Part shown: positions 27,657 to 39,640 of the stretch, one piece after another
How positions within the stretch are numbered: position 1 is the stretch's first letter
Layout of the letters: each line of letters opens with the position of its first letter
Assembly (NCBI GenBank): GCA_001179505.1
Contig: CDMY01000280.1
Location: forward strand, 62,001 to 126,000
Direction: 5' to 3'
From: Vitrella brassicaformis CCMP3155
Lineage: Eukaryota > Protista > Chromerida
Length of the DNA stretch: 64,000 bases
Position numbers and translations under genes: made by a program
Notes under the pieces: generated by a model
Database searches by the model: none
What the model was told of the DNA's origin: nothing
The model's input: the letters and a program-made list of their open reading frames with translations, nothing else

Positions 27657-27935
27657 GTGCCTCGTCTGTTTACCCGCTGTTTACCCTTGTTTCCCTGGCT
27701 TTTGCGGTTCCCCCACCGGGCAAGCGAGTGGGGCCGTTTACCATAGCCCTCTTTACCTTAGAGTGCGCCACTTGAGTATGTCACGGTAGATACTCCTGCG
27801 ATGCGAGCTCGGCTTCAAGCTCGCAGCGGCATTGAGGCGGCCGGCCCCGCTTATGGTAAACGGCCCCACTCGCTTGCCCGATGGCAAAGAAAGGCAAAGC
27901 CAGGCAAACAAGGGCAAACAGAGAGGCATCGTGGC
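27657..27935. mobile_element. MITE-like / foldback element with long imperfect terminal inverted repeats
   Basis: Perfect 29-bp inverted repeat: 27717-27745 cgggcaagcgagtggggccgtttaccata versus 27852-27880. It extends imperfectly outward (aaagccagggaaacaagggtaaacag vs aaagccaggcaaacaagggcaaacag). No coding capacity; no target-site duplication identified. Confidence 0.55.
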
Positions 27936-28129
27936 TTTCACATGAAGACCATCTGGCTGTGTGTCAGGTCCTCATTGTGCGCGTCGCTGGTGTGGCTTGC
28001 CTGAGATCTCTACGTGCATCAGGTGTGCCGTCACACACACCGCACACACACACACACACACACACATCCATGCACACAGCACCCTCCCTCGCTGTCCTTG
28101 TCTGTCTGTGTGTGGGTGGCTGGTCAGTC

Positions 28130-28907
28130 ACGCGATCGATCTCTGCAGCGTCGCATCGCCTGAAGCAGCCGCCGGCAGCGCCTGCAGTGGCCGCCGGCGG
28201 AGAGCTTGAGATGCCTATTCTGCCGCGGGTCCTAGTGAAGGTCTACTACAGAGGCACGCAGCAGACCGGCAACCCCGTCTTAGAGTTTGACATGCCGCTG
28301 CGCGACGACACCTCATTTGAGGACCTGAGGGGGGTGGCCCTGCAAAAGCTGGTGCACTGCTACGACCAAGCCGGAGATCAGAAGCCGCCAGCTGTTTACC
28401 AAATCGTGTATCCCAGAGGCGAAGACGAAGAGCCTTTCCTCCTTTCCGACCCTGTCAAGTGCGTATGCTTGAAGACGCCACACCACACATGCACATGTGT
28501 CACAATGTGTGCTTTCTATTGCGCTCCTCCTTCTGTCTATCAGACGTGTGCATCGGAAGAAGATCGACGCGAAAGAGCCCATCGTGCTCGTCATGATCGC
28601 ACCCGCACCGTCAAGTGAGTCAGACAGGGACCAAAAGACAAATGCTTGCGTCATTTGCTGTTTACGGTGCTTGTTTTTGGGTTGCTGTACTAGGACGGAA
28701 GAGACCGACGAACAGCCAACCGCACTCAACTCAGCCAGCCAGCGCAAATCCGACAACCCATTCGAATCGAGGCGTCTCTATGAGGAGCAGCGGCCATGGA
28801 TCACGCTTTGTCTCATCCGCCTCTGCGGAATTACTGGAGCCACTTCTCGATACGACGTGAGACGATATCTTATCGGCAAACTCGACAAATGGCCTGCACA
28901 GCGTTGA
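28130..28907 (+). CDS. Hypothetical protein, possibly beta-grasp/ubiquitin-like
   Basis: Coding-like exon ..EMPILPRVLVKVYYRGTQQTGNPVLEFDMPLRDDTSFEDLRGVALQKLVHCY..PFLLSDPVK|RVHRKKIDAKEPIVLVMIAP. Start uncertain: the ATG at 27881 sits directly next to the inverted repeat. Confidence 0.45.
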
Positions 28908-29606
28908 AGCGAACCAACACAGCTGAGGTGCACCAGCTCCGCGCGCTTCTCTTGTTCCTGCTGGGCTGCATCGAGCTTGCGGTTGATCCTCTCGCGAGTC
29001 TCGGATTCAAGCCATAGTGGCTGTGCCCGGTGGGGGGATACACTCATCCAACAAGGTGGACCGGAGGGGACGTAGAAGAGAAGACATGGATGGAGAGAGT
29101 GGTTGCTATAGCTATGGCTGCGGGAGATCTGGGTGATGTGCATGCGGCCGTCGATGTTTCTGCCGTCGTCTGGCGTACTCGCTTTTTCTGCCAGGCACTC
29201 TCGCACAGGCTTCATGTTGGATACGGCAATGATTGATGCACATGATTAATGTGCCGCTTCTTGTGCCGGTGACCGTTTTTGCGTGCCTTGTCTGCTTCTT
29301 GTTTATCATTCGTTATCTGTGACAAGTACGGTGGACATCGTAGGGAAATATATATGTCAAAACTCTGTCACACAGCTCTGTGCTCTGATGAATCAAGATA
29401 TGTATTCACACTCATACCAGATATCACCAGTAGTCATGCCACATGCGACTTCAGTAGATACAGCATATTGCACACACGTACGCGTGAACACGCATGTGAA
29501 GACAGGCACATAAGTGGCCACACAGATCGACTCCCAAATGGCCTTGTCTCACCAATGGGCCTGTCTCGCTACATGATACAACCGTTGGAGGCTTCCTCGG
29601 TCTATG

Positions 29607-29706
29607 TGTCTGTCTATCTGTCTGTCTGCCTGTCTGTCTGTCTGTCTGCCTGTCTGTCTGTCTGTCTGCCTGTCTGCCTGTCTGTCTGTCTGTCTGTTTG
29701 TCTGTC
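29607..29706. repeat. (TGTC)n tetranucleotide microsatellite, ~100 bp
   Basis: tgtctgtctatctgtctgtctgcctgtctgtctg... in intergenic DNA; one of many SSRs in the window. Confidence 0.95.
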
Positions 29707-30205
29707 AGCTGCCCAACCCCTGGAGTGTGTACACGTACGACGTGCCTCATGCAGTGATAAATAAGTCGGCTGGACTAGACAGGTGGCTAAGTGGCTAAAT
29801 GGTCTGTTGAGCCTGTTTTTTTCCGTCGATTTATGTGTGCTTATTTGTGGTCGCTACGGTCTGGCTGATGACGTGTGTAATGGCGCACACGTCCCGGCCA
29901 ACGGTTGGCTCGGTGCGCTGTGTTGTCTGTTAGTTTCTGAGCAGCTGGCACCACGACGAGTGCTGAAACGTTTGTGATGTCCACAGATATTGTTGTGTGT
30001 GCTGACCATCCGTTGATATCCCATCTGGTATACACAGTGTACACGCCATCCATCCATCCATGCATCCGCCATCCATTGTCGGCCATTGACATGCACCACA
30101 AGCCCCCCAACCGCCCGACAGCCACACACTAAGCAAAGCATCAAAACACAAACACGCACATGAACGCATGCCTGGCGTGCTCATGTATCCATGCATGTTT
30201 GTGGG

Positions 30206-32103
30206 TCAATCAATGTCGCTGATGTCACTGCCTCCAGCGGATGAGCCCTCGTCCGTGTCTCGCTCCTCGGGGCGCTCCGGCACAGACTGGGGGAAGTACG
30301 ACCTTAGGAGTGCCACACACTGCAGCCACGCCATACGTAAGGGGGGCAGAGTTGTGGCGTGAACGGTTGGCTTCATTGCTGACCCATCGATTGAGCCCTT
30401 CCGTGCCGTGCAGCGCCAGATGTCGCATCTTGGCCACGCCGCCAGCCTGTCGTTTCCCTCCCCATACGCAGAAACCCCATGAGCCAGACCGTCTTGCCCT
30501 CAATTGTGTCTCCTCCCTGCCCTCATGGTGACTGACCTGGTGGACGAGGTCACAGTAGGGGTTGTTTGCGAGGCCGTCGGCCGCCTGCTTCTGCTCACCC
30601 ACACTGCATACACATGGATGGGCGACGACACAGCCACACAATGCATTAATGGGTGCCGCCCCTTGTGCGTGTGATCTATGTGCTGCCTGACAGACCGCAG
30701 AATGCCATCGAGTGTCATCAGCGCCAGTCGGACCTCCGCAGGGTTGTCGCTGTCCAGCACGCCACATAGGGGATCGATGCACCCACACTCAACCACATAC
30801 TCGCCCTGCAGGCCCGTACAAGAGACAGAGACGCGCATCCATCCCTGTTTGTCTCCTTAGCTGAGGATTTACCTGTGCCTGTGATCCCTTTGACGTGATG
30901 TTGTACAGTGCCAGCGCTGCTTCGCCCTTGCTGCCCGACAGCCGCTCAATCAGGACAGGCACCAAGCCCCCATCGATCACCGACTGAATGGCACCGTGCA
31001 GACCTGCAGGCACACATATACAATGTACCCAAAGATGGGACGCGTTGTATCCCATACCTGTATCTGCGATTGCGGCGACAGTCAATGATGCCTCCTTGGC
31101 GATGAGCGGATTGCCCGACGCCAACATCGCCTTGAGCTGGGCCATGTGCTCCAAAAGGACACCAACAAAATGACGATAGTCCCCACCTGTCAGTCAACGA
31201 AGTGACAAATGTCAAAGAACTGACTCCATACCATGTGCTCTTCCTGTTCAGCCCTCTGACCCTCGATGAGGCGCCCCAGGAGGCGCCGGGTTGTCCGCAG
31301 GACTAGCGCTTGTACACAGTAGAACCCTAGGTACTCGCAGCGGGACGGCAGCTGTGGCAGGAAGGGGGCAGGTGACGAGACATGGCAGAGCCCAATCGCA
31401 TGACCTCCATGAGCAAAGGAAAACCCTGGCTTTCTGCAATATCGAAGACGACACAAAGAGTCAGCAGTGCCATGTGCAGCAGGGCCCTGTCTTGGCCAGG
31501 TGTCTCGACCAGCATCACCAGCACACGCACACACTCTGCCACCAGCCAGAGGGGCAGCAGCGGGTTTCTGCTCAATAGAAGCATCAGCAGCGCAACGCAG
31601 TGCTGGGGGACCCCGATTTGCCTTTTGGTCTTGCTACGCAGCCTCTCCAGCAGTGGCTCAATCACGCCCGTCTCCAGAATGGCTTCGCACGCCGCTGCCG
31701 AGTGACTGGCCATGTGAACCAAGAAGGTGGCAACATGATGCACCAGGGTCAAGTCAGCGCTGGACGCCAAGACCTTGACCAGGACGGGAATAGCATCGGC
31801 GTCCATCAGCGATTGGACGGCAACGCCTTCCGATGCTGAATGGGAAAGCCGTCGGGAGATCTCAGTAGCGGCAAGGATAGCGAACAGCGGCTGTCGGCTT
31901 ATGCTTCGCAGCAGCCCGGAGAGGGGCTCACGGCGGAGAGACCATCGAAGGACCGCCGCCACTGCAGCGAATGCCGCCACCACGGCCAGCACCACCAAGA
32001 ACACCACGGTGAAGAACCAGCGCGAAAGATACAGAGGAAGGGACCACACGGGCTGCATGTCAGGCCCACCGCGACGAGCGCAACCACAAGGCAGCGGCGC
32101 CAT
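30206..32103 (-). CDS. Degenerate importin-alpha-like ARM-repeat protein
   Basis: ARM repeats VQSLMDADAIPVLVKVL..ILETGVIEPLLERL; QSVIDGGLVPVLIERL..GEAALALYNIT. The C-terminus YVVECGCIDPLCGVLDSDNPAEVRLALMTLDGILR|VGEQKQ..NPYCDLVHQ|AGGVAKMRHLALH..|CVALLRSYF + acidic tail parallels the importin-alpha C-terminus. No IBB domain seen. Confidence 0.75.
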
Positions 32104-32438
32104 GGCCAGTCCCACCAAAAACTCATCGTTTCGGAATCGGATGCATCCAATTTACTGGGGGCGAGAAAGGGAGACGGCGAGAAAAGGAGGGGGCGAGAAA
32201 GGGAGACGGCGAGAAAAGGAGGGGAAAAGTTCCTCCTCAACAACTGTCTGCTCAGGAGTCCGAAGCAAAAGCAAGGAGGACGGACGCTATCGACTGTGAC
32301 GACGTTCGGCGCTGGGCGAGTAGAGTTCGACCCGTGGGTGAGCCGACATGTACACGCATGAGAGATGGAGATGACATCGTGTGCCCATGTGTCGTGTGTG
32401 CAGGTGAGTGTACGTGAGTCCTGGGTTCTTCAAAATGG

Positions 32439-33550
32439 ATGACGGAGCAGATTTGCCGCCCCGCCGAGATATACGCAGACGGAAAAGTCATGCTCGACAG
32501 ACGCAGAAAAAACAGACACAGAATGACACGCATCGGATATGCGTCTATGGCTGCAGTGCTGGAGGGCGGGTACACTCCACAAATGCTCTTTGGAGCGTCC
32601 ATTCCGTCAGTCGAGGCCCTCCTCAAGACGATCGCCAGAGACGCCGCACTCACGCCAGAGGCATTCGAGCTGTCGCCCGTCAAAGCATGGACCGGTAAAC
32701 CCAGCCATCGCAATGATGATGCTTTCCTTGTATCATCTATTGTATTTGCATCGCTTACCAGGGGGGTTTCCCACCCACAGGGTGTTGCGGGACGATGGCG
32801 ACATGAAAAGATGCCCAAATCCATCATGCTCTTCACTCGTGAGAAGGAAATGATCGATCAATTCATATGGATGCCCTTTCTCTGTCTATCGTCAGCTGGT
32901 GAAGAAGCTTCAGCAGCTGTACAAGCGCTTTAGCCCCCTCAATCCTCTCCCCCCGCCCCCGCCAATGCCCAAGACGGAGCCCACACCCACTCCTCCGCCA
33001 GCCACCGCTCCAGAGACGCGACGGACGCACCAAGAAAGCCGAACGGAGCGAACCAGCCGCCAAGCCAAAGCCACCCATCAAGACGGGAGTGTGGTGGTCC
33101 GAGAAATTTCGGGCGTGGGAGGCAAGGTCGTACACGAGATGGACGACCCAAAGCAGAAGGCCAAGTACTTTCATGTCAAGGATCATGGATTCGAGAAAGC
33201 ATAGGTACCATAGCCAACATCCCACCCAAGCCAATACATCCTTTCCTCTGCTCTCCTTGTCTTCCCTCATCATGTGTCATCAGATATTGGCCGAAAGTTT
33301 CGTCTCAAGCTAGAGCGGACCGAAAGGGTGGCGACGAAGAAGAGGCTCGAGCTGGAGCACCACAGCGGCTTGGAGGGGGTCACCTTTGAGAACAACGCGT
33401 TGAGGGCCTGCTGGATGGAGGGCGGGAAGAGGAAGCGAAGAAAATTCGACCCGCAAGCTGGGATACGAGGGTGCTAAACAAGCGGCCATCACCCACCGCC
33501 GCCAGATGAAAGAACGGCACCATCCCATTCTCAAGGGCGAGGCCATGTAA
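32439..33550 (+). pseudogene. ApiAP2-type transcription factor with tandem AP2 domains, frameshifted
   Basis: AP2 #1: KTGVWWSEKFRAWEARSY[+2 nt]EMDDPKQKAKYFHVKDHGFEKA followed by TAG. After an intron, AP2 #2: SGLEGVTFENNALRACWMEGGKRKRRKF[frameshift]RKLGYEGAKQAAITHRRQM. Confidence 0.7.
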
Positions 33551-34029
33551 GACAGCGAGCAGGACGAGGACACCGAGGACATGGGCAGTGGCGCCGCTAC
33601 TCCAAGACCAACAGGCAAATCGACAAACAACCGGTGCGGTTCAGGAGGGCAAGCGCACCGGGATCGCGATCGTGACCGAGATCGTGAAAGTGACAGCAGC
33701 GCGGACGACAGAGACACAAAGGGCACCGCCACTGGCCGAGGGGTCCATGCGACGGCCATGCAGCGCCGTCTCAGGCGTGAGGTACGACACTACGCCGAGA
33801 GTGATGGCTGTGAAGAGGCTGAAGAGGACGCAGGGCATCACCATTATGCGAGTGGTGGCCGTCGTGGGCGTGGACGGGGCGGAGGGGGGGGAGGGACTGC
33901 CGCTGCTGCTGCGGCACAAGCTCCAACTATAACAGCGACTGCGACGTTCCGGAGGAGGACGATAAGGACGAGGTTCTGGTGGTCCTCCCGTCGACTCATA
34001 TTCCGCGAAAGATGAGTGTTGCGCGGCTA

Positions 34030-34420
34030 GGGGGTGTGTGGCAAGGTGGTACGAGAAGGGCGACCCCACTCGGATGGCCAAGTACTTTTATGTCAAGGAT
34101 CATGGATTCGAGAAAGCAGGTACCATAGCCTAACATCCCACCCACCCAAGCCAATTACATCCTACCTCACTGTCTGAGAACGTCCTACCTCTGCTCTCCT
34201 TGTCTTTCGTCATCATGTATCATCAGATATTGGCCGAAGACCGTCATGAGCTACAGCGGACAGATACGGTGGCGACGAAGAAGGGGCTGGAGAGGGTCAC
34301 CTTCGAGAACAACACCTGGAGGGCCTGGGGGATGGAGGGCTGGGGGATGGAGGGCGGGAAGAGGACACGCAAAACCTTTCCTGTGCGTGAGCAGGTGGCC
34401 ATCACCCGTGTGTCATGCTG
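34030..34420 (+). pseudogene. Degenerate tandem duplicate of the AP2-intron-AP2 block
   Basis: ARWYEKGDPTRMAKYFYVKDHGFEKA, a near-identical intron (gtaccatagcc..acatcccacc..ccaagccaa..acatcc), then LERVTFENNTWRAW..EGGKRTRKTF with deletions. Confidence 0.7.
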
Positions 34421-34708
34421 AAGATGTACGAGACACAGCTACAGTTGGCTGACTTAAGGCTTATTGTCTGTGTGTCTGTCTGCAGCGATTACAGCCGTTC
34501 AAGAGCAGAGATACTGATGCCATCGCTGTCTACTTTTTATATTCGATGTTTCTTTTTCTGCTGCCGCACACGACTCATATAAAGCACTTTTTGATGGCAC
34601 GAGCTGACTGAACAGCTGACCACCTGCAGAGAGATGGATGAGGGCGAGACAAACGATTGGTGTGAAAAAGCATGGACGGTCCGACCACACAAATGGGTTC
34701 ACACACGT

Positions 34709-34739
<31 letters not shown>

Positions 34740-35242
34740 TGTGCTTAAATGAAGGCCACACAGGGATGTGAATCTGAGTGCGCGTGTCTCTCTGTGCAGA
34801 AGCACAACTGATTGAAGAGTGTGTGAGCAGGTTCACTCCCTCTCCCCGTGTGTGTCTGCCTGCCTGCCTGCCTGCCTGCCTGTCTCTCAAGTATCTCCGA
34901 GCAGCCAGGCAGAGAGCTGCTCTTGCAGATACATCCACCTAAATGAGCCACTGACTCGGTTTTTGGCACACCAAAGGACCGGGAGAGAGAGAGACTGTCG
35001 GGAAGCGGGTGAGATACAGTGACTAGTGGATGGTTGAGATATGATATTAATTGGTGGGAGGCTCTGCATTGATTGTCAGCAATCTTCGATGTGCATCGTC
35101 GAGTCTCACATTCAGCTGACTGAATGTTGCGTTGTCACGTCATGCACACAAGGGCTCCCATCCAGAAGGTTCCACTCACGAGAGCTGACCATCAATGACA
35201 GCACAAGAAGACAATTATGATAACTATTTGTCACTAGCATAT

Positions 35243-38200
35243 TTATACCTGTCCATCAGCTGTTTCGGCATGCTCTGCCTTGGCGAGGGTCTTCAATTCG
35301 GCTTCCAAAGCCTTTTCTTCATCCTCTAGCTCATCTATGATTCTCTTTCGTCGCTGCAGAAAGACACGGGTATCACACGCATAATTTCCCATCTCGACTT
35401 GGAACATTTAAATCTTCTCTTACTGAATCTGTAGAAAAAACGTCTGTCTGAGAAATTAGTTTGTCATACTGACGATCCAAGGCATTGGACCGCATTCCAA
35501 GGGCGGCGTAGCGTGGCTGATTGGTGTGTCCGCCGTATTTGTAGTAGTCGTCCGAATGCTGAGCCCCATTGGCTTTGAGGAGGGCAGCGACATCCTTCAG
35601 CTCCGGCTGCATCACCTGCACACACATGGCACGCAGTCAGGCCATGGCATCTCTTCATGCTTATCCCTCCGCTCACCACTTCGTCTAAAGGCGCCACGAT
35701 TAGACCGCCCGGCCGACGCTTGCCAAGGTTGGGGTCTGCTCCGGCTTCCAACAGCAGCTCCACAGTGTCGAATATCCGAGCGGCTCGCGCGCCATCAGCA
35801 TCCCACGCCAAGGGGCTGCCGGTCGCTGTCTCGGCCATCACTGCGCGATGAAGCGGCTCGCCGCACGCCATGTTTGGATCTGCGCCATTATCAAGAAGCG
35901 TCTTCACAGCCATCAAAGCATCTGCTGCCCCTTCTTGATAACGGACGAGAAAGAAATCGTACATGTGCTGCCTCATGCTTTTCCACCCCGTGTCTCCCTT
36001 TCGAATTTGATCGATTCGATCGATGAGCTCGGCGTGTTGGAGTCCCGTGAACTCTGTAATCAGCTGACAACTGATGACTGCCACCGTCAGAATGATGTTG
36101 GCAATGGGAAGCAGCTGCAGCTGGTAAGTGGGATAGCAGAGGAAGAGGACATTGCATATCAGGCCGAGAAGGTCTTCGCAGAGTATGCTGCAAAGACGAT
36201 TGCCCCTGGCATTACGATGGCTTCTGGCGTCAACTTTGGCCTCAAGCATGGTAATCAGAGAAGGATAAAGCATAAAGGTCCCTACCAGGGGGGACAAAAA
36301 GTAGAGGCGCCAAGGCCATGTGGGGACTCTCTCGCTGAAGACCGCAATCGAAAAGAATGTAATCCAATCGGTGATGGCATCGACAAGCTCCGAAATCAGC
36401 ACATGCAAAAGACCCAATCGGCTGTAATCGGGAAGAATAACATCCGGAAGAAGCTCTCTCGGAATCATGCAGTGGGTCACGATGCCAATAGAAATTTCAA
36501 TCACAATGCCGATGAAGAACAGCAAAACAGCCCCCCACCAGAGAAACTCCCCGATCCAGATGAAGATCCACCAAGCAGGAAATGCACCTACCAACCCGCC
36601 CAGCGTCCCGACGCCACACAGAAAGGGGGCCCCCAGATGCAGATAAGGAATTGTGGGGGTATGCTTTTTCAGTGAGGCTGTTATGTTCTGCGCCAGCTGC
36701 TTCTGCACGTGCTCTTGCGAGGCTTCGAAGCCCATGGCTTCGTAGGCTGAGGCGATGGCATTCAGCAGATTCAAAAACAGATTGCAGATGAGTGTGCCGA
36801 TAGCACCGGCTCCTGGGTTGGCGCAAAGAATGATCACGACGTTGATGAAGTCGATGCTGTCGTTCAGGACAGAGATGCCGCTCAGCACCGTGATCACCCT
36901 GACGAGCCACCGAGGAGGGTCGGGCCGGTGGAAGCGAGCGATGATGGGTGCCGTGGGAGACGGCCCTCGCGGGGTCGCTGCCTGAGAGTCCACGCCCGAG
37001 TCAATGAGACAGGAGCGTTCGCCTAATTCGATGTCGCCCGATTGTCCCTTCTTGCGCTGCACCTGAGCGACCGCAAGGCACAGGTCGTCAGCAAATTGCT
37101 CACACAATGATGTCTCCCCTGCGTACCCGTGTGGCATTCATTTGGACGTACTCCAGGCACCATTTGAGGACGAGCAGAGCCGTCGAGACAGCGGCAGAGG
37201 CGAGAAGGAGTCGCTTGCACAGGAGGGGAATGGTGTATTGGGACGGCTCGTTGATGATCATCTCCCAGAAGGAGAACCAGTCGGTCACTGCACATTGCAA
37301 TGGGGGCAGAGAGAGAGCAAGATGCGTTATGATGGCGCGAGAGATGGTAAGAGGCCTGCTGTTGCTTACGGGCTGCAAAGGCGCCCAGAAGGATGAGCAT
37401 CATGTTCTCTCGGAGGAACACTTGCAGTGATAGTCTGGGCCCTTGGGCCGGGCCCTGGCTGGATGAAGCATCAGCTGTATCGGCACGCACTGCCTTTAGA
37501 GCTTTCTCGCTATTCTCTCGTCGCACTTCAATCAAAATTCTTGTCGCCACGTGTGCATCGCAAATCAGTGCCTTGGATCGCATCAAAAGGGCGGCGTAGC
37601 GTGGCTGATTGGTATGTCCGCCGTATTTATAGTAGTCGTCCGAATGCCGAGCCCCATTGGCTTTGAGGAGGGCGGCGACATGATTCAGCTCAGGCTGTAT
37701 TACCTGCACACACATGACACGCAGTCAGGCCGTGTGTGTGAATCTATGTGGCATCCATCTCTTCATGCTTATCACCCCGCTCACCACTTCGTCTAAAGGC
37801 GTCACGACTTGGCCGCCGGCCAGCTGCCGTGTGCCAAGATTGGGGTCTGCCCCGGCCTCCAGCAGCAGCTCCACAGTGTTGAAAATCCGAGCGGCTCGCG
37901 CGCCATCAGCATCCCACGCCAAGGGGCTATCGCCGGTCGCTGTCTCGGCCATCACTGCGCGATGAAGCGGCTCTCCGTTTGCCATGTTTGGATCTGCGCC
38001 ACTGTCGACGAGCTCTTTCATGGCCAATAAAGGAGCGTCTCCGTTTCGAATCTGGTCGATTCGATCGATGAGCTCGGCGTGCTGGATGCCGATGTGTGTT
38101 CTAATCAGCTGACAACTGACGACCGCCACCGTCAAAATGATGTTGGCTATGGGGAGCAGCTGCAGCTGGTAAGTGGGATAGCAGAGGAACAGGACATTGC

Positions 38201-39640
38201 ATACCAGGCCGAGAAGGCCTTTGCAGAGTATGCTAGAGAGACGATTGCGTCTTGCATCACGATGGCTTCTGGCGTCAACCTTGGCCTCGAGTATTGCGAT
38301 CAGAGACGGGCAAAGGATTGGCCCTCTGGCGTCAATTTTCTGCTCGAGTGTTGCAATTAGAGAAGGGTAAAGGATGAGGGTTTCTGTGGCGGGGCAGAGA
38401 AAGTAGAGGTGCCAGAGCCATGTTGGGACTCTCTCGTTGAATACCGCAATCGTGAAGAAGGTAATCCAGGTGCTGGTTGTATAGACAAGCTCCGCGATCA
38501 GCAAATGTAAAAGACCCAATCGGCAGTAGTCGAAGAGAAGAACATCCGAAAGAAGCTCCCTCGGAATGAGGCAGTGCGTCACGATACCCATAAAGAGTCC
38601 ATAAATTAATTTCGTCAGCATCAGAAAGATGGCAAACCACCAAAAAAGGCGCCCAATCCAGGTCATCCACCAAAGCCACCAAGAATTAGCAAGAAGGGCG
38701 CCGATCAACCCAAAAGGCGCAAAAAGCACGCCGGTCACCCCACAAGGCATAATAAAGACCGCCGGTACAGCGGTAGCCAACATCCGAACGATATCGAACA
38801 GAACGAGCTCGTCCAACCCTTTGCTTGTGATTTGCGCTAGCTGTTGCATGCGCATTCGCGAGGCTTCGAAGCCCATTGCCTTGTAGGCTGAGGCGATGGC
38901 ATTCAGCAGATTCAAGGAGAGATTGCTGATGAGTATCCCCATCGCGTGGCTTCGGGGGTTGCCGATGGCGCAAAGAATGATCACGACGTTGATGAAGTCG
39001 ATGCTGTCGTTGAGGACGGAGATGCCGTTCAGCACCGTGATCATCCTGACGAGCCACCGAGGAGGGTCGGGCCGCTCGAAGCAAGTGATGATGGGTGCCG
39101 TAAGGGATGGCCCCTGCGGGGTCGCTGCCTGAGAGTTCACGCCTGAGTCGATGAGACGGGAGCGTTCGCCTAATTCGATGTCGCCCGATTGTCCCTTCTT
39201 GCGCTGCACCTGAGCGACCGCAAGGCACCAAAGACGTCAGCAAATTGCTCACACAATGATGTCCCCACTGCCTACCAGTGTGGCATTCATTTGGACGTAC
39301 TCCAGGCACCATTTGAGGACGAGCAGAGCCGTCGAGACAGCGGCAGAGGCGAGAAGGAGTCGCTTGCACAGAGCCGGAATGGTGTATTGCGACGGCTCGT
39401 CGATGATCATCTCCCAGAAGGAGAACCAGTCGGTCACTGCACATGTGCATTGGGGGCAGAGAGAGAGCAAGATGCGTTATGATGGCGCGAGAGATAGCAA
39501 GGGGCCTGCTGTTGCTTACGTGCCGCGAAGGCGCCCAGAAGGATGAGCATGATATTCTGTCGGAGGAACACTTGCAGTGATAATCGTCTGGGACCTTGGC
39601 TGGTCGAAGCCTGCGACACGGAGGGTTGTCCGCCGGCCAT
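35243..39640 (-). CDS. Polytopic membrane protein with two in-frame tandem [multi-TM + ankyrin] modules (A 39640-~37500; B ~37470-35243)
   Basis: Each module: LQVFLR(E/Q)N(M/I)MLILLGAFAA|LTDWFSFWEM..KWCLEYVQMNATL|VQRKKGQSGDIEL..several TM helices..LCYPTYQLQLLPIANIILTVAV..GADPNMA.GEPLHRAV..VELLLEAGADPNLG|..LLKANGA. The last exon of A reads directly into the first exon of B (ORF 37023-37715). Long ORFs 37725-39209 and 35464-37137. Confidence 0.85.

Noticed and set aside
27881-28000. ATG start MAKKGKARQT for the downstream hypothetical gene
   Set aside because: It lies in the outer arm of the inverted-repeat element, so it is probably not the real start.
28778-29215. Minus-strand ORF with a coiled-coil-like stretch (ETRERINRKLDAAQQEQEKRAE)
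   Set aside because: No clear start, splice structure or family, and it overlaps the 3' end of the plus-strand gene.
35848-36675. 275-aa plus-strand ORF (MKRLAARHVWICA..) and similar antisense ORFs over the ankyrin modules
   Set aside because: Antisense shadows of the real membrane + ankyrin reading frame.
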